Assembly (NCBI GenBank): GCA_963664435.2 | Contig: CAXXKM010000001.1 | Coordinates: forward strand, 992,001 to 1,056,000 | Direction of reading: 5' to 3' | From: Longimicrobiales bacterium | GTDB taxonomy: Bacteria > Gemmatimonadota > Gemmatimonadetes > Longimicrobiales > Gaopeijiaceae | Length of the DNA: 64,000 bases | Shown: positions 28,468 to 38,611 of the stretch, piece after piece | How the letters are laid out: each line of letters starts with the position of its first letter | Position numbering within the stretch: the stretch's first letter is position 1 | The notes under the pieces: generated by a model | The model's database searches: none | Told to the model about the DNA's origin: nothing | Seen by the model: only the letters and a program-made list of their open reading frames with translations | Position numbers and translations under genes: made by a program

Positions 28468-31158
28468 TCAGAAGGAGACGGTCGTGGTCATCGATATGGT
28501 TCGCGGCGCGCCCAGCCAGGCCGCGTTCTCGGTGATCGCCGACAGATAGGACCTGTCGAACAGGTTGTTCGCCACGATCGAGAACTCCATCGACCGCAGC
28601 AGATCGCTCAACGCTTCGCCCCTGAAGCCGACGTAGGCGTCCACCTGCCAATAGGGGTCGGTGTACCAGTCGGCCGTGAGACTGACCCGGCGCGATGCCG
28701 TGTACTTGGCGGACAGCCCTCCGCCGAGCGGTCCGGCGCGGTCGAGCGAGACCACCCACAGACGGGGCGGGATGCCGGTAACGTCGCTGCCCGGCACGAT
28801 GCCCTGGTTGGCGTCAACGAGCGGATCGCCGGCGCCGAGGTATTTCGAGTCGTTGAGCGTGAAGGAAGTGTAGATCGATGTCTGACCCGGCATCGCCACC
28901 GTGGCGGACACCTCGAGACCGCTCGTCTCGATGCCGCCCGCGTTGAAGTAGGCGCCGCTGCCCGGGATGAGGTAGTTGGGACCGACCGGCGTTTGCGGAC
29001 CGAGGTAGAAGATCCGGTTGTCGAACTCGATGGCATAGAGTGTGGCGCTCAACGCAACCCGCCGACCGGCGTAACGAACGCCGAAGTCGATGTTCGAGGC
29101 GGTCTCCGGCTCCAGCCGGTCCAGACTGCGTCCCGGCACCTCGAGCAGCGTGCTGCCGATCGCGCGGAAGTTCTCGGCGTAGCCGCCGAAAAGGTCGAGG
29201 CCCTCAACCGGCGTCTCGTACGTGATCCCGCCCGAGAAGAGCAGATCCGAATCGGAATCCACATCGAGTGCCCGATCGAAGCCGAACTGGTCCTCGCGCG
29301 ACACGCCGATGAGGTACTGCTTCATGCCACCGGTCAATTCGAACGGGCCGAAGTAGAACGTCTCTTCCAGGTACCACTTGAAGATGTCCTGCGGAAAGTC
29401 CCACTCATACTGGTGCCAGTAGGCCTGCTCGTCCGACTTGAAGTTGAGCGTCGGGTCCAGCATCCGGTGCCAGTCCCGGCCGAGGTCGCGCCGCGAGTTC
29501 TCGTACCAGATGCCGGCCCGAAGCGCGCTCCCTCCTCTGCCAAGGACAACGGACCAGTCCCCGTCGATGGTCATGCCGAGGCGGTCCTTTCCGTAGTGGC
29601 TGTGACGGAACGACTGCACTCCGGTGGCCCCCGGGTGGCATGCCGGATCGACTTCCGGGCCGCCCGACCCATAGTAGTTGAAGACGTAGGACGACTGGCA
29701 GCCGGGTGTCGGTTCGACCGCGATGCCGTTGCCGTCCACGAAGCGAACAACGCCCAGCTGAGAACCACCCCGCACCGGCGGGCGACCCGCGAGTTCCGAT
29801 TCCGGTCCATCCCCGTCGTTCACCACATCGACGATGTAGGGAGGCAGCCAGTCGCCGCGTCCCCTGTTGCGATGGTAGTATGCGCCCGCGCTCAGAGAGG
29901 TCAGTTCGCCAGGGGACCAATCGGCCTTGAGGTAGCCGAGCGTGTTGGAGCGCCGGGTCTCCCAGCCCGGCCGGTAGCTCTGGTTCAGATAAGGCACGCC
30001 GGGCCAGTGGCCGATCAGACGGTCCCAGCGTGGATTGGCGCGGAAGTCGGCCGCGCTGTAGAGCCGCTGGTAGTTGTTCTCCCGGATATCGTCGATCGAG
30101 ATGTAGCCGGTGAGATCGAGGCGGCCGCGCGACGACACAAGCTTGGCGGCAACATGCTCCCGCTCGTTCGTTGCGGAGCCCTCCATCCAGTCGGTCGCTT
30201 CCTGCCGGATCGCGGCCACCCAGGCCCGCGTCGTGCCGCCGAACAGCGATCCGGTCTCGACCCGCGCGGCGAACCGCTGGCCTTCGTTCTCGCCTATCGT
30301 GGCGGACGCCGTGTAGCTCCGCTCCGCAGCCGGGTCGAGCGTCAGGTAGTCGAACGTCCCGCCCAGCGCCTCCACCGACCGCGCGGCGATGTCGGCGGTC
30401 CCCTGCGACACCTCTACGCCGCCGAGGTTCATGGGGTCGACGAATCGGTTCGCCTTCGAGCCGCTCCAGTAGTCCGACGTGCCATTGGGGAATCCATCGA
30501 TGGTGGTGCCGATCTGCACATCGTTGATGGTCGACTGGAATCCGCGCATGGCGACATTGCTTGACCAGTCGTCGAAGGCGTACGCGTCCCCCTCCTGCAC
30601 GGACACGCCTGGCAGGTTGTCGACCACCGAAGTCACGGCGCTGATGCTCGACTGCTGCCTCATCATCGGCTCCGCGACGAAGTTGCGCGCAAAGACGGTG
30701 GGTTCCTCCGCCACGACGCTGAGCGGATTGAGCCGGAAAACGGGCTCCAGGACGACCGGGACGGCTTCAATGGCACCCGCGCCGACGGAGACCGGAAGCT
30801 CCCGGGACGCATAGCCGAACAGGGTGGCCGTCAAAACATAGTTGCCGGCGGCCAAGCGCGTGAATTCGTAGGCCCCGGCGCTATCCGTAACTGCCTGCTC
30901 GCTCACGCCGGAACCGGTCACTGCCATCGAGACAGCGGGCAATACGTTGCCGGACGCGTCCACGACCGTGCCCCTGATGGTTCCCGTTTGCTGGGCGGCT
31001 GCCGACGCCGCGGTCAGTGCCCACAGGAGCGCGGCGACGCCGGAAACGGCGGCGATGAGGAGCAGGCGTTCCGGTGAGACCGAGATCCGGGCCGGGATCC
31101 CGACTCGCTGGCGGAATGACGATCGTGGTGGGGACTTGAGAGTCATGGATGGCTGCAC
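28468..31158 (-). CDS. TonB-dependent receptor with carboxypeptidase-regulatory-like N-domain
   Basis: 'TGTIRGTVVD'; plug region; 'LEPETASNIDFG'; 'NNLFDRSY...GAPRT' and terminal Phe; start uncertain. Confidence 0.88.
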   Translation of the reverse strand: MQPSMTLKSPPRSSFRQRVGIPARISVSPERLLLIAAVSGVAALLWALTAASAAAQQTGTIRGTVVDASGNVLPAVSMAVTGSGVSEQAVTDSAGAYEFTRLAAGNYVLTATLFGYASRELPVSVGAGAIEAVPVVLEPVFRLNPLSVVAEEPTVFARNFVAEPMMRQQSSISAVTSVVDNLPGVSVQEGDAYAFDDWSSNVAMRGFQSTINDVQIGTTIDGFPNGTSDYWSGSKANRFVDPMNLGGVEVSQGTADIAARSVEALGGTFDYLTLDPAAERSYTASATIGENEGQRFAARVETGSLFGGTTRAWVAAIRQEATDWMEGSATNEREHVAAKLVSSRGRLDLTGYISIDDIRENNYQRLYSAADFRANPRWDRLIGHWPGVPYLNQSYRPGWETRRSNTLGYLKADWSPGELTSLSAGAYYHRNRGRGDWLPPYIVDVVNDGDGPESELAGRPPVRGGSQLGVVRFVDGNGIAVEPTPGCQSSYVFNYYGSGGPEVDPACHPGATGVQSFRHSHYGKDRLGMTIDGDWSVVLGRGGSALRAGIWYENSRRDLGRDWHRMLDPTLNFKSDEQAYWHQYEWDFPQDIFKWYLEETFYFGPFELTGGMKQYLIGVSREDQFGFDRALDVDSDSDLLFSGGITYETPVEGLDLFGGYAENFRAIGSTLLEVPGRSLDRLEPETASNIDFGVRYAGRRVALSATLYAIEFDNRIFYLGPQTPVGPNYLIPGSGAYFNAGGIETSGLEVSATVAMPGQTSIYTSFTLNDSKYLGAGDPLVDANQGIVPGSDVTGIPPRLWVVSLDRAGPLGGGLSAKYTASRRVSLTADWYTDPYWQVDAYVGFRGEALSDLLRSMEFSIVANNLFDRSYLSAITENAAWLGAPRTISMTTTVSF

Positions 31159-31221
31159 CCGGATCGGTGTGATGGAGGAGAGGGCTCGTCATGCTCAGCG
31201 GAGTGCGCGTCCGGCCTGTCC

Positions 31222-32991
31222 TCAACGCGTGAGCAACCTTCCCGGCCGCGCATCGGTCATCTCGCCGTCGTCGATGACCAGCGAGCCGTTCACGAACAGG
31301 TAGTCGACCCCCTCCGCGTACCGCATCGCCCCCGAACCGAACTCGGCCATGTCGCGCAGTTCGGCCGGGTCGAAGACGACCAGGTCGGCGGCCATGCCGG
31401 GGGCCACGATGCCGCGGTCGTAGAGGCCCAGCCGGTGGGCCGCCAGCGAAGTCATGCGGCGCACCGCTTCCTCCAGGGTGATCACCCCGTCCTCGCGCAC
31501 GTACTTGGCGATCACGCGCGGGAACGCTCCGAAGGCGCGCGGGTGCGAGCTGGCGGTGGAGGCCGGATTCACGGGCGAAGCGTCGGTGTCGATCATGACG
31601 AAGGGCGCCCGGAAGGCGGCCCACTTCTGCTCCTCGTTCATGCTCAGCGGGTTCACGCTCACGCCCCCGGCCTGCACCAGGTCGAAGAAGGCGTTCCAGG
31701 GATCCGTCCCCAGCACCTCCGCGGCCTCCGCGACGGACCGGTTGATGACATCGGGATTCACTTCGTCCGACGCGGCCACGATGAGGACGTTGTTCCAGTC
31801 CATCCCCACATGCTGATACCAGTTCTCCCACTCCGAATCGGTCTCGACCTCGTTCCTCAGCTGCGCGCGCAGCTCGGGGTCCGAGAGCGTCTCCAGGAAG
31901 GCCCGGGTGCCGCGCGCGTAGTGCCGCGGATGCAGGAACGACCCAAGCCCGATGCCGTTCCGGACATACGGATATATATCTGCGGTCACATCCATCCCCG
32001 CGGTGCGCACCGAGTCGATGAGCGCGAGCGCCTCGTCCATCAGCGGCCAGTTGCGCTGGCCCGCCGCCTTCAGGTGGTAGATGTGCACGGGCACCCCCGC
32101 GCCCTCGCCGATGGTGATGGCCTCGCGGATGGCCTCCAGCACCGCGTGGCTCTCGTTGCGCATGTGCGTGAAGTAGACGCCGCCGTACTCGCCCGCGACC
32201 GACGCCAGCGCCACGAGCTCCTCGGTGCTCGCGTAGATGGCGGGCGGATAGATGAGAGAAGTGGACACTCCGACGGCCCCGTCCTCCATTCCCTCGCGCA
32301 CCAGCTCCCGCATCTCCTCGAGCTGCTCCGGCGTCGGGGCGACATCCTCGACGCCCAGCACCACGCGCCGCACCTGCGTGAGCCCGACGTCGTGGACCAC
32401 GTTGATGGGGATGCCGTAGCTTTCGAGGATCGCGAAGTACTCGGAGTACCTGCGCCAGCGCAGCGTATCGCCGTCGATGACGGGCGGATTCTGCTGGGTT
32501 TGGGCGCTCTGGGGCGCGGGCGAGCCTCCTTCCCCGGAGAGATAGGTGGTGATGCCCTGGCGGAGCTTGCTCTCGGCGCTCGGAGGATCGGTGATGAGCA
32601 CCAGGCTGGCCTGGCCCATCATGTCGACGAAGCCGGGGGTGACGACACGGTCGCCCGCGTCGATGGTCCGGGTGGCGGCGCGCCCCGAGAGGCGGCCCAC
32701 GGCGGCGATGCGGTCCCCGCGCACCCCCACGTCCGCCCGGAACCAGGCGTTGCCGGCGCCGTCCACCACGCGCGCGTTCGTGATCAGGACGTCGAAGGGA
32801 GCGTCGTCCGTGGGCGGCCCGTCGCCTGGTTGCATGCAGGCGCCCGACGCGATGCAGAGAAGCGCGGCGAGCCCCGGGGCGGCGACACTTCGCAAATGAG
32901 GCCGTCGACCAATTCGTCCGGCCGGGGCGGCGACGCGGCCCTGGAAGGCGCTGACCTGAGGTCGGGCGGACTTGCGGCGGCGATTCTGCAT
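31222..32991 (-). CDS. N-acyl-D-amino-acid deacylase (amidohydrolase 3), probable lipoprotein
   Basis: 'DVLITNARVVDG', 'PGFVDM', 'THMRNE', 'HPRAFGAFPR', 'ADLVVFD'; GGAGG RBS before ATG 32991. Confidence 0.88.
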   Translation of the reverse strand: MQNRRRKSARPQVSAFQGRVAAPAGRIGRRPHLRSVAAPGLAALLCIASGACMQPGDGPPTDDAPFDVLITNARVVDGAGNAWFRADVGVRGDRIAAVGRLSGRAATRTIDAGDRVVTPGFVDMMGQASLVLITDPPSAESKLRQGITTYLSGEGGSPAPQSAQTQQNPPVIDGDTLRWRRYSEYFAILESYGIPINVVHDVGLTQVRRVVLGVEDVAPTPEQLEEMRELVREGMEDGAVGVSTSLIYPPAIYASTEELVALASVAGEYGGVYFTHMRNESHAVLEAIREAITIGEGAGVPVHIYHLKAAGQRNWPLMDEALALIDSVRTAGMDVTADIYPYVRNGIGLGSFLHPRHYARGTRAFLETLSDPELRAQLRNEVETDSEWENWYQHVGMDWNNVLIVAASDEVNPDVINRSVAEAAEVLGTDPWNAFFDLVQAGGVSVNPLSMNEEQKWAAFRAPFVMIDTDASPVNPASTASSHPRAFGAFPRVIAKYVREDGVITLEEAVRRMTSLAAHRLGLYDRGIVAPGMAADLVVFDPAELRDMAEFGSGAMRYAEGVDYLFVNGSLVIDDGEMTDARPGRLLTR

Positions 32992-33211
32992 CGGATGGCC
33001 TCCGGCTCGATTGCGTGACCCCGACATGGTAGGGGACGCGCGCGGAGCCAGCCAGACCGGCACACTGTAGTAGAGGAAGCAGACCCATGCGCTACTTCTG
33101 CAGGAGTCGCCGGTGTTGCCGGGGCGAGCCGCCAGGCTGATGGACGAGCCGCTCCGGGGAGCTTCGACCATGCGTCGTCCCTGACCAATCCATCCGACAC
33201 CCCCGCACCAG

Positions 33212-33799
33212 ATGCCAGCCACCAGGTCCAGCCCGGATTCGGCGCAGCACGACGCCCTGACCTCGCTGATGGATGAGATCCGGGAGGGATCGGAGCCGGC
33301 CCTGGGCGAACTGATGGACCTGTGCTGGCCCGAGCTTGTGCGCTACGCGGCGAGTCAGCTGGGCGATGTCGACCTGGCGCGGGACATCGCACAGGAGGCC
33401 TTCATCCAGGTATGGGAGCGGCGGCGCGGATGGCGGCCGCGGGGCTCCGCGCGGGTCTACCTGTACCGCATCGTCCGCCACCTCGTCATCGACCGGAAGC
33501 GCCGGCGGGCGGTGCGGCGGCGCTGGCGGGACCGGCAGGGGCGTGACGATGCGATACGGGGCGGACACGCCCCGAGTCCGGCCGACATGCTAGAGGCCAC
33601 GCTGCTCGCGGACAGGTTCCGGGCCGCGGTGGCGTCGCTGCCGGACCGCCGCCGCGAGGTGTTCGAGCTCGTGTTCCAGCGGGGACTCACCCACGCGGAA
33701 GCGGCCGCAGTGATGAAGGTTTCGGCGCAAACCGTGGCGAACCAGATGTCCGCCGCGCTCAGGACGGTTCGCCGGGTGGTGGCGGCGGCCGATGGGTGA
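33212..33799 (+). CDS. ECF sigma-70 factor (FecI-like)
   Basis: 'ARDIAQEAFIQVW', 'SLPDRRREVF...GLTHAEAA', located upstream of fecR. Confidence 0.9.
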   Translation: MPATRSSPDSAQHDALTSLMDEIREGSEPALGELMDLCWPELVRYAASQLGDVDLARDIAQEAFIQVWERRRGWRPRGSARVYLYRIVRHLVIDRKRRRAVRRRWRDRQGRDDAIRGGHAPSPADMLEATLLADRFRAAVASLPDRRREVFELVFQRGLTHAEAAAVMKVSAQTVANQMSAALRTVRRVVAAADG

Positions 33800-33891
33800 G
33801 CTGAGCCCCCGTCCAGTGCGAATAGTAGCCAGCGGCGAGCTGTGCGCTTGTCCGGTGTAGGACACTGCAGGAATCACGTAAGGAACGAGAG

Positions 33892-34914
33892 ATGGACGAA
33901 CTGCTATTTCGATACCTGCGCGGCCGGACGACCGACGAGGAGAACCGGTCGGTCGAGGCGTCGCTCGGCGAGTCTCCGGACGCCAGCCGGGCGCTGAACG
34001 ACCTCGGCCTGCTGGTCGAAGCCGGGCGCGCGGCGGACCTGGAGGTGGAGCCGGGCGCCCCACCCGCCGCCGAGTTCGTGGTCCGCAGGGCGGAAGCCCG
34101 GAGAGCGGCCTCCATCCGGCGCGCAAACGACCGCCGGGCGCGTGGCCGACCCGCGCGCTCCCGCTTCGGGCTGCTCGCCGGTTGGGCCACCGCCGCGGCC
34201 TGCGCGGCCGCGGCCCTGGTCATCTGGAACGCCCGGGACCCGGCCGCGAGCGGCGCGGGAGGGGGCAGCCTGGCGTCGCAGGAGTTCATCACGGCGCCCG
34301 GCGAGACGGCGATGGTCCGCCTCGGCGACGGCAGCGTGATCCGCCTCGGTCCGGGCAGCCGGGTGCGCAACGTGGACGGATCCGCCCGGGCCGTCGTCCT
34401 CGAGGGCGAGGCGTTCTTCTCCATCGCCAGCAACCCGGCGCAGCCGTTCCGGGTCACCACCGCGGCGGGCACCGCGCGCGTCCTCGGTACACGCTTCCAT
34501 CTGGTCGCCCAGCTCGACGAGCTCCGGCTCGTCGTCGTCGAAGGAACGGTCGCGCTCGGAACCGCGAACGAGGAAGTCCAGGTCGGCGCCGGGCAGGCGG
34601 CAAGCATCATCGAGGGCCGGCCCGGCCCCGTAACCGCGGCGCCCCCGATCGAGGAGGCGGCCACCTGGCTGGAGGGCTTCCTCATCTTCCAGGACACGCC
34701 GCTGGACCTGGCCATCCGGGAAGTCGAGCGGCGGTACGGCGCGCAAGTTGCGGTCGAGGATCCGGTCCTGCTGGAGCGGACCCTGACCATGTGGTTCACG
34801 TCCAGATCCCTGGACGAGGTCATGACCGTGATCTGCAACGTCATCGACGCCCAGTGCAGCATCGGCGACGGACGGGTTCGCATGCAGCTGCGCAACACGT
34901 ACGAGGGTCGATGA
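33892..34914 (+). CDS. FecR family anti-sigma factor
   Basis: One TM helix; 'LGDGSVIRLGPGS', 'LEGEAFF', 'RVLGTRF', 'VVEGTV', 'LIFQDTPL'. Confidence 0.9.
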   Translation: MDELLFRYLRGRTTDEENRSVEASLGESPDASRALNDLGLLVEAGRAADLEVEPGAPPAAEFVVRRAEARRAASIRRANDRRARGRPARSRFGLLAGWATAAACAAAALVIWNARDPAASGAGGGSLASQEFITAPGETAMVRLGDGSVIRLGPGSRVRNVDGSARAVVLEGEAFFSIASNPAQPFRVTTAAGTARVLGTRFHLVAQLDELRLVVVEGTVALGTANEEVQVGAGQAASIIEGRPGPVTAAPPIEEAATWLEGFLIFQDTPLDLAIREVERRYGAQVAVEDPVLLERTLTMWFTSRSLDEVMTVICNVIDAQCSIGDGRVRMQLRNTYEGR

Positions 34915-37625
34915 CCCCGGAGGGAAGGATCCGCCGGATACCATCCGCCCTCCTGGCCGTCGCATTGCTCCTCATTCCCGCAACCGTCCCCGCCCAGGAC
35001 ACCGAGCTGACCGCACTCAGGGGAGAGATCGGAGTCGACCCCGAGCCCGGCACCCTGCTCGCAAGCGTCGCCCGCCTCTCCATCGACCGGATGCCGCTGG
35101 CCCAAGCCCTGGTCCGGCTCGCGCAGCGTTCCCGGGTGCAGATCGCCTTCAGCCCCAGCCTCCTCCCGCCGGACCGCATCGTCGACTGCGCCTGCGCGAC
35201 GAGAAACCTCGCCGGCACTCTGGACCAGCTGCTGGCCGGCACGGAGCTGGGCTACGTCGAGCTCGGATCCCAGATCATCATCGTGCCCCGGACGCCGCGG
35301 GAAGCCTTGCCCCGGGATGCGACCCTCAACGGCCGGGTGCGCTCGGAGGTCGCGGTGCCGGTGGCCAGCGCGACGGTCCGCCTCAGGCTGCTGGCGGACT
35401 CCGCCGCCGAGAGCGTGACCGGCACCGACGCGCTCGGATTCTTCGCCTTCCGCGACCTCATGGCCGGCCGCTACCGCCTGACCATCGGGCGCATCGGCTA
35501 CCGCCTCCACGACCAGGAGATCGACCTGGCGCCGGACACGGATTCCCGGCTCGACATCTCCCTGGCCGAAGAGGCGATCGAACTGGATGCCGTGGTCGTC
35601 GAGGCCCGGCGCAGCCGCCAGCGGGCGCGCTTCGAGGAATCCGCGGGACTCACGGTGCACGAGCTGGGCGGGGAGGATCTCAGGAACCTTCCGGGGCTCG
35701 CGGAGCCGGATCCGGTCCGCGCCGTGAGCGTGCTTCCCGGCGTGACGCGGGTGTCGGACTTCACCGCCGTCCTGAACGTGCGCGGTGGTTCGGGCGATCA
35801 GAACCTCATCCTGATGGACCGCGTGCCGCTGTTCCATCCCTACCATCTGCTCGGGATCTTCTCGGTCTTCAACCCGGACATGGTCGAGCGGGCCGAGCTC
35901 CGGACCGGGGGCCTTCCCGCGGAGTACGGAGGAAGGACGTCGTCCGTGCTGCTCGTGGAGTCCGACGTCGGGGACGGCACCCTGGGCGTGGACGCCGGCC
36001 TCGGCCTGATCTCGTCGCGCGTTGCGGTGCGGGGCGGTCTCGCGCCCGGGATCCGGGACGGCCTGGGGCTCGCCGCCGTTCGCTGGAAGATCTCGGCGCG
36101 CCGGAGCTACTGGGACCTGGTGAGCAGGCTGACCGACTCCGCATTCCCCTACACCCTCGCGGACCTCCAGGCCGTCTTCGAGGGCTGGACGAAGGGGGGC
36201 GACCGGGTGCGCATCAACGCGTACTCGGGGCGGGACAGGATCAATCTTCGGGAGCTCGAGTTCCTGTTCACGAGCCTCGAGTCGGTCGTGGACGATCTCG
36301 GGGACGATGAGAGCGCGGGCTGGGACGTCCGGTGGCCGTGGGGCAACGATGCCGTCGGCGCATCCTGGACCCATCTCATGCCCGGGGGAGGGACGCTCGA
36401 GGTGCACGGCTCGTATTCCCGCTTCGGAGCCCGGTTCAACTTCACGGAATACGAGGACACGCGGGTGGAGACGGAGATCAGCCAGTCCTCGGCCGGGGCC
36501 GATCTGGAACTCCGCCCCACGTCGCGCACGCGATGGAAGTCGGGATTCGCGGCGACCCACCGGCAAAGCCGCAACGTGTCCGAGGGCGTTCCCCCGAACT
36601 TCCAGAACAGCGAGAGCAGCGGCTGGGAGTCGAGCGCGTACACGCAGTTGACCTGGACCCCGAGCCGGCCGTGGCTGCTCGAGGCCGGGCTGCGATGGGA
36701 CGGCTGGCAACCACGGGGCGGACCGGCGGAGGCCGTTCCGTCGCCGCGCCTCGCCGTCAAGCGCTTCCTGGGCGACGGCCGCTGGGCGGTGCGCGTGGCG
36801 GGCGGACGCCACACGCAGTTCCTGCATTCGCTTCGCGACGAGCGGCTGCCGATCGCCATGGACGCGTGGGTCCTGTCGGACGAACACGTGCCGGCCGTGA
36901 TCTCGGACCAGGTCCAGGCGGGCGTGGAGGGCTTCTTCGGCAGCGACCGCGAGTGGTTCGCGTCCGCCGAGGGATACCTCCGCACCTTCGACGGCGTGAT
37001 CGCGCAGAACTGGGCCGACGATCCGACGGTTCCGGCGGACGATCTGCTGTCGGGCGACGGACGCTCTATCGGCATCGACGCGATGGTGCGCAAGGACGCG
37101 GGAACGACGCGAGGATGGGTGTCCGTATCGCTCCTGAAAGCCACGCGGTCCTTCGAGGACACCGAGGCGGGCCTGGTGCCCCCGCCGGTCATCGAATTCC
37201 CGCCGATCTTCGACCGGCGCCTGGAAATCGACGTGGCCATCCAGCGCGATCTGCCCTGGGGCGTGGAGGCCGGCCTGCGCTGGAACCTGGGCACGGGCAC
37301 GCCCTACACGGCCCAGCTGGCGAGATTCCGCAAGTACACGCAGCGGCTGACCGACCTGCGCTACGACGATGCGAGCGTCAGGACCGCGCTGCCCGGACCC
37401 AGAAACGGGGCCCGGCTGCCCGCATACCACCGGCTGGACATCAGCTTGCGCAAGACGCTGAACAGAGGATGGGGCAGCCTTTCGCCCTACCTCAGCGTGA
37501 TCAACCTCTACAACCGCGACAACGTGCTCTGGCACCAGCGCCACTACAGCTACGGGAACCTTTCGAGAACCGACAACCACATGCTTCCGATCCTGCCCAC
37601 CCTCGGCGTGGAGGTGTCGTTCTGA
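34911..37625 (+). CDS. TonB-dependent transducer with STN-like N-terminal signalling domain
   Basis: ATGA overlap with fecR; STN-like domain; 'NVRGGSGDQNLI', 'AEYGGRTSSV'; terminal Phe. Confidence 0.88.
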   Translation: MTPEGRIRRIPSALLAVALLLIPATVPAQDTELTALRGEIGVDPEPGTLLASVARLSIDRMPLAQALVRLAQRSRVQIAFSPSLLPPDRIVDCACATRNLAGTLDQLLAGTELGYVELGSQIIIVPRTPREALPRDATLNGRVRSEVAVPVASATVRLRLLADSAAESVTGTDALGFFAFRDLMAGRYRLTIGRIGYRLHDQEIDLAPDTDSRLDISLAEEAIELDAVVVEARRSRQRARFEESAGLTVHELGGEDLRNLPGLAEPDPVRAVSVLPGVTRVSDFTAVLNVRGGSGDQNLILMDRVPLFHPYHLLGIFSVFNPDMVERAELRTGGLPAEYGGRTSSVLLVESDVGDGTLGVDAGLGLISSRVAVRGGLAPGIRDGLGLAAVRWKISARRSYWDLVSRLTDSAFPYTLADLQAVFEGWTKGGDRVRINAYSGRDRINLRELEFLFTSLESVVDDLGDDESAGWDVRWPWGNDAVGASWTHLMPGGGTLEVHGSYSRFGARFNFTEYEDTRVETEISQSSAGADLELRPTSRTRWKSGFAATHRQSRNVSEGVPPNFQNSESSGWESSAYTQLTWTPSRPWLLEAGLRWDGWQPRGGPAEAVPSPRLAVKRFLGDGRWAVRVAGGRHTQFLHSLRDERLPIAMDAWVLSDEHVPAVISDQVQAGVEGFFGSDREWFASAEGYLRTFDGVIAQNWADDPTVPADDLLSGDGRSIGIDAMVRKDAGTTRGWVSVSLLKATRSFEDTEAGLVPPPVIEFPPIFDRRLEIDVAIQRDLPWGVEAGLRWNLGTGTPYTAQLARFRKYTQRLTDLRYDDASVRTALPGPRNGARLPAYHRLDISLRKTLNRGWGSLSPYLSVINLYNRDNVLWHQRHYSYGNLSRTDNHMLPILPTLGVEVSF

Positions 37626-38611
37626 TGGGTGCCGGGATGCGTCGCGTGCTTGCGCTGCTGGGGATGACGGCAGGAGCCGCCGGCTGTGACGTGACCGATG
37701 TTCCGACAGGGTCCGGCCAGAAGCTGTTCGTCGCCTCGGCCACGGTCGTGCTCACCGTCGACCCGGCGGAGCCGACGCGGATCGGCACCCGGGCCGTGGC
37801 GCTGGTCAGCGAGGCATGGCAGCAGGTGCTGAGGGAGGTGCCGGGCGCTTCCGTGCGCATCACCGGCGCGTCGGGACGCTCCCTCTCCCTGGTGGAGGAA
37901 GAGGATCCGCTGGGAGCGTGCACGGTGCTGCGCAGGGAATCGTACACGGTGGACGGCCAGCTGAGACCCATCGGTTCCTGCCATACCGCCACAGCGGCGT
38001 CCGCCGTATTCGCGCCCGGCGAACTGCTCACCCTGGCCGTGACGACCCCGGACGGCGCCGTGCTGGAGGGGACCAGCCGCATGCCCGACGCGTTCGTGCC
38101 GCGGGGCCTCTCGGTCGAGGACGGCCGCTGCCGGGTGGAGCCGGGCACCGCCTATCGCTTCGCGTGGTCCCCCGTGGACGGCGCATGGGCGCACGTCGGC
38201 GAGGCCGAGGTCACCGGACTGAGCCCGAGCCTCTGGTCGTCGTCCGACCCTCTGTACCTGCCGGTTACCGTGCTCGGCCGGGGACGCGAGGTGACCGACA
38301 TGGTCTTCCCCACGGACTTTCTGCTCGAGCTGCTGTCGGATGTCGACAACGTGGAGCTGCATCGTACGCTGGACGCGGGGCTTCCCGGGGGCGCGCGCGC
38401 CGAGGTCACCATCGCGGCCCTGGACCGCAACTGGGCCAATTGGATCCGGGAGGGCCGGCTCAACATCAACGGAGAGACCGTGATTCCCTCGGTCTTCGGG
38501 GACGGCACCGGGATGTTCGGAACCGCGGTGCGGTGGAAGGTCTCGGTGGAGTCGCGCGCGGCGGACGAAGCCGGGGATACGCCGCTGTGCGGGCCGGGGG
38601 TGGCAGGCTGA
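37625..38611 (+). CDS. DUF4249-like lipoprotein partner of the TBDR
   Basis: TGATG coupling; lipobox 'AAGC'; 'SVFGDGTGMFG' near the C-terminus. Confidence 0.7.
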   Translation: MGAGMRRVLALLGMTAGAAGCDVTDVPTGSGQKLFVASATVVLTVDPAEPTRIGTRAVALVSEAWQQVLREVPGASVRITGASGRSLSLVEEEDPLGACTVLRRESYTVDGQLRPIGSCHTATAASAVFAPGELLTLAVTTPDGAVLEGTSRMPDAFVPRGLSVEDGRCRVEPGTAYRFAWSPVDGAWAHVGEAEVTGLSPSLWSSSDPLYLPVTVLGRGREVTDMVFPTDFLLELLSDVDNVELHRTLDAGLPGGARAEVTIAALDRNWANWIREGRLNINGETVIPSVFGDGTGMFGTAVRWKVSVESRAADEAGDTPLCGPGVAG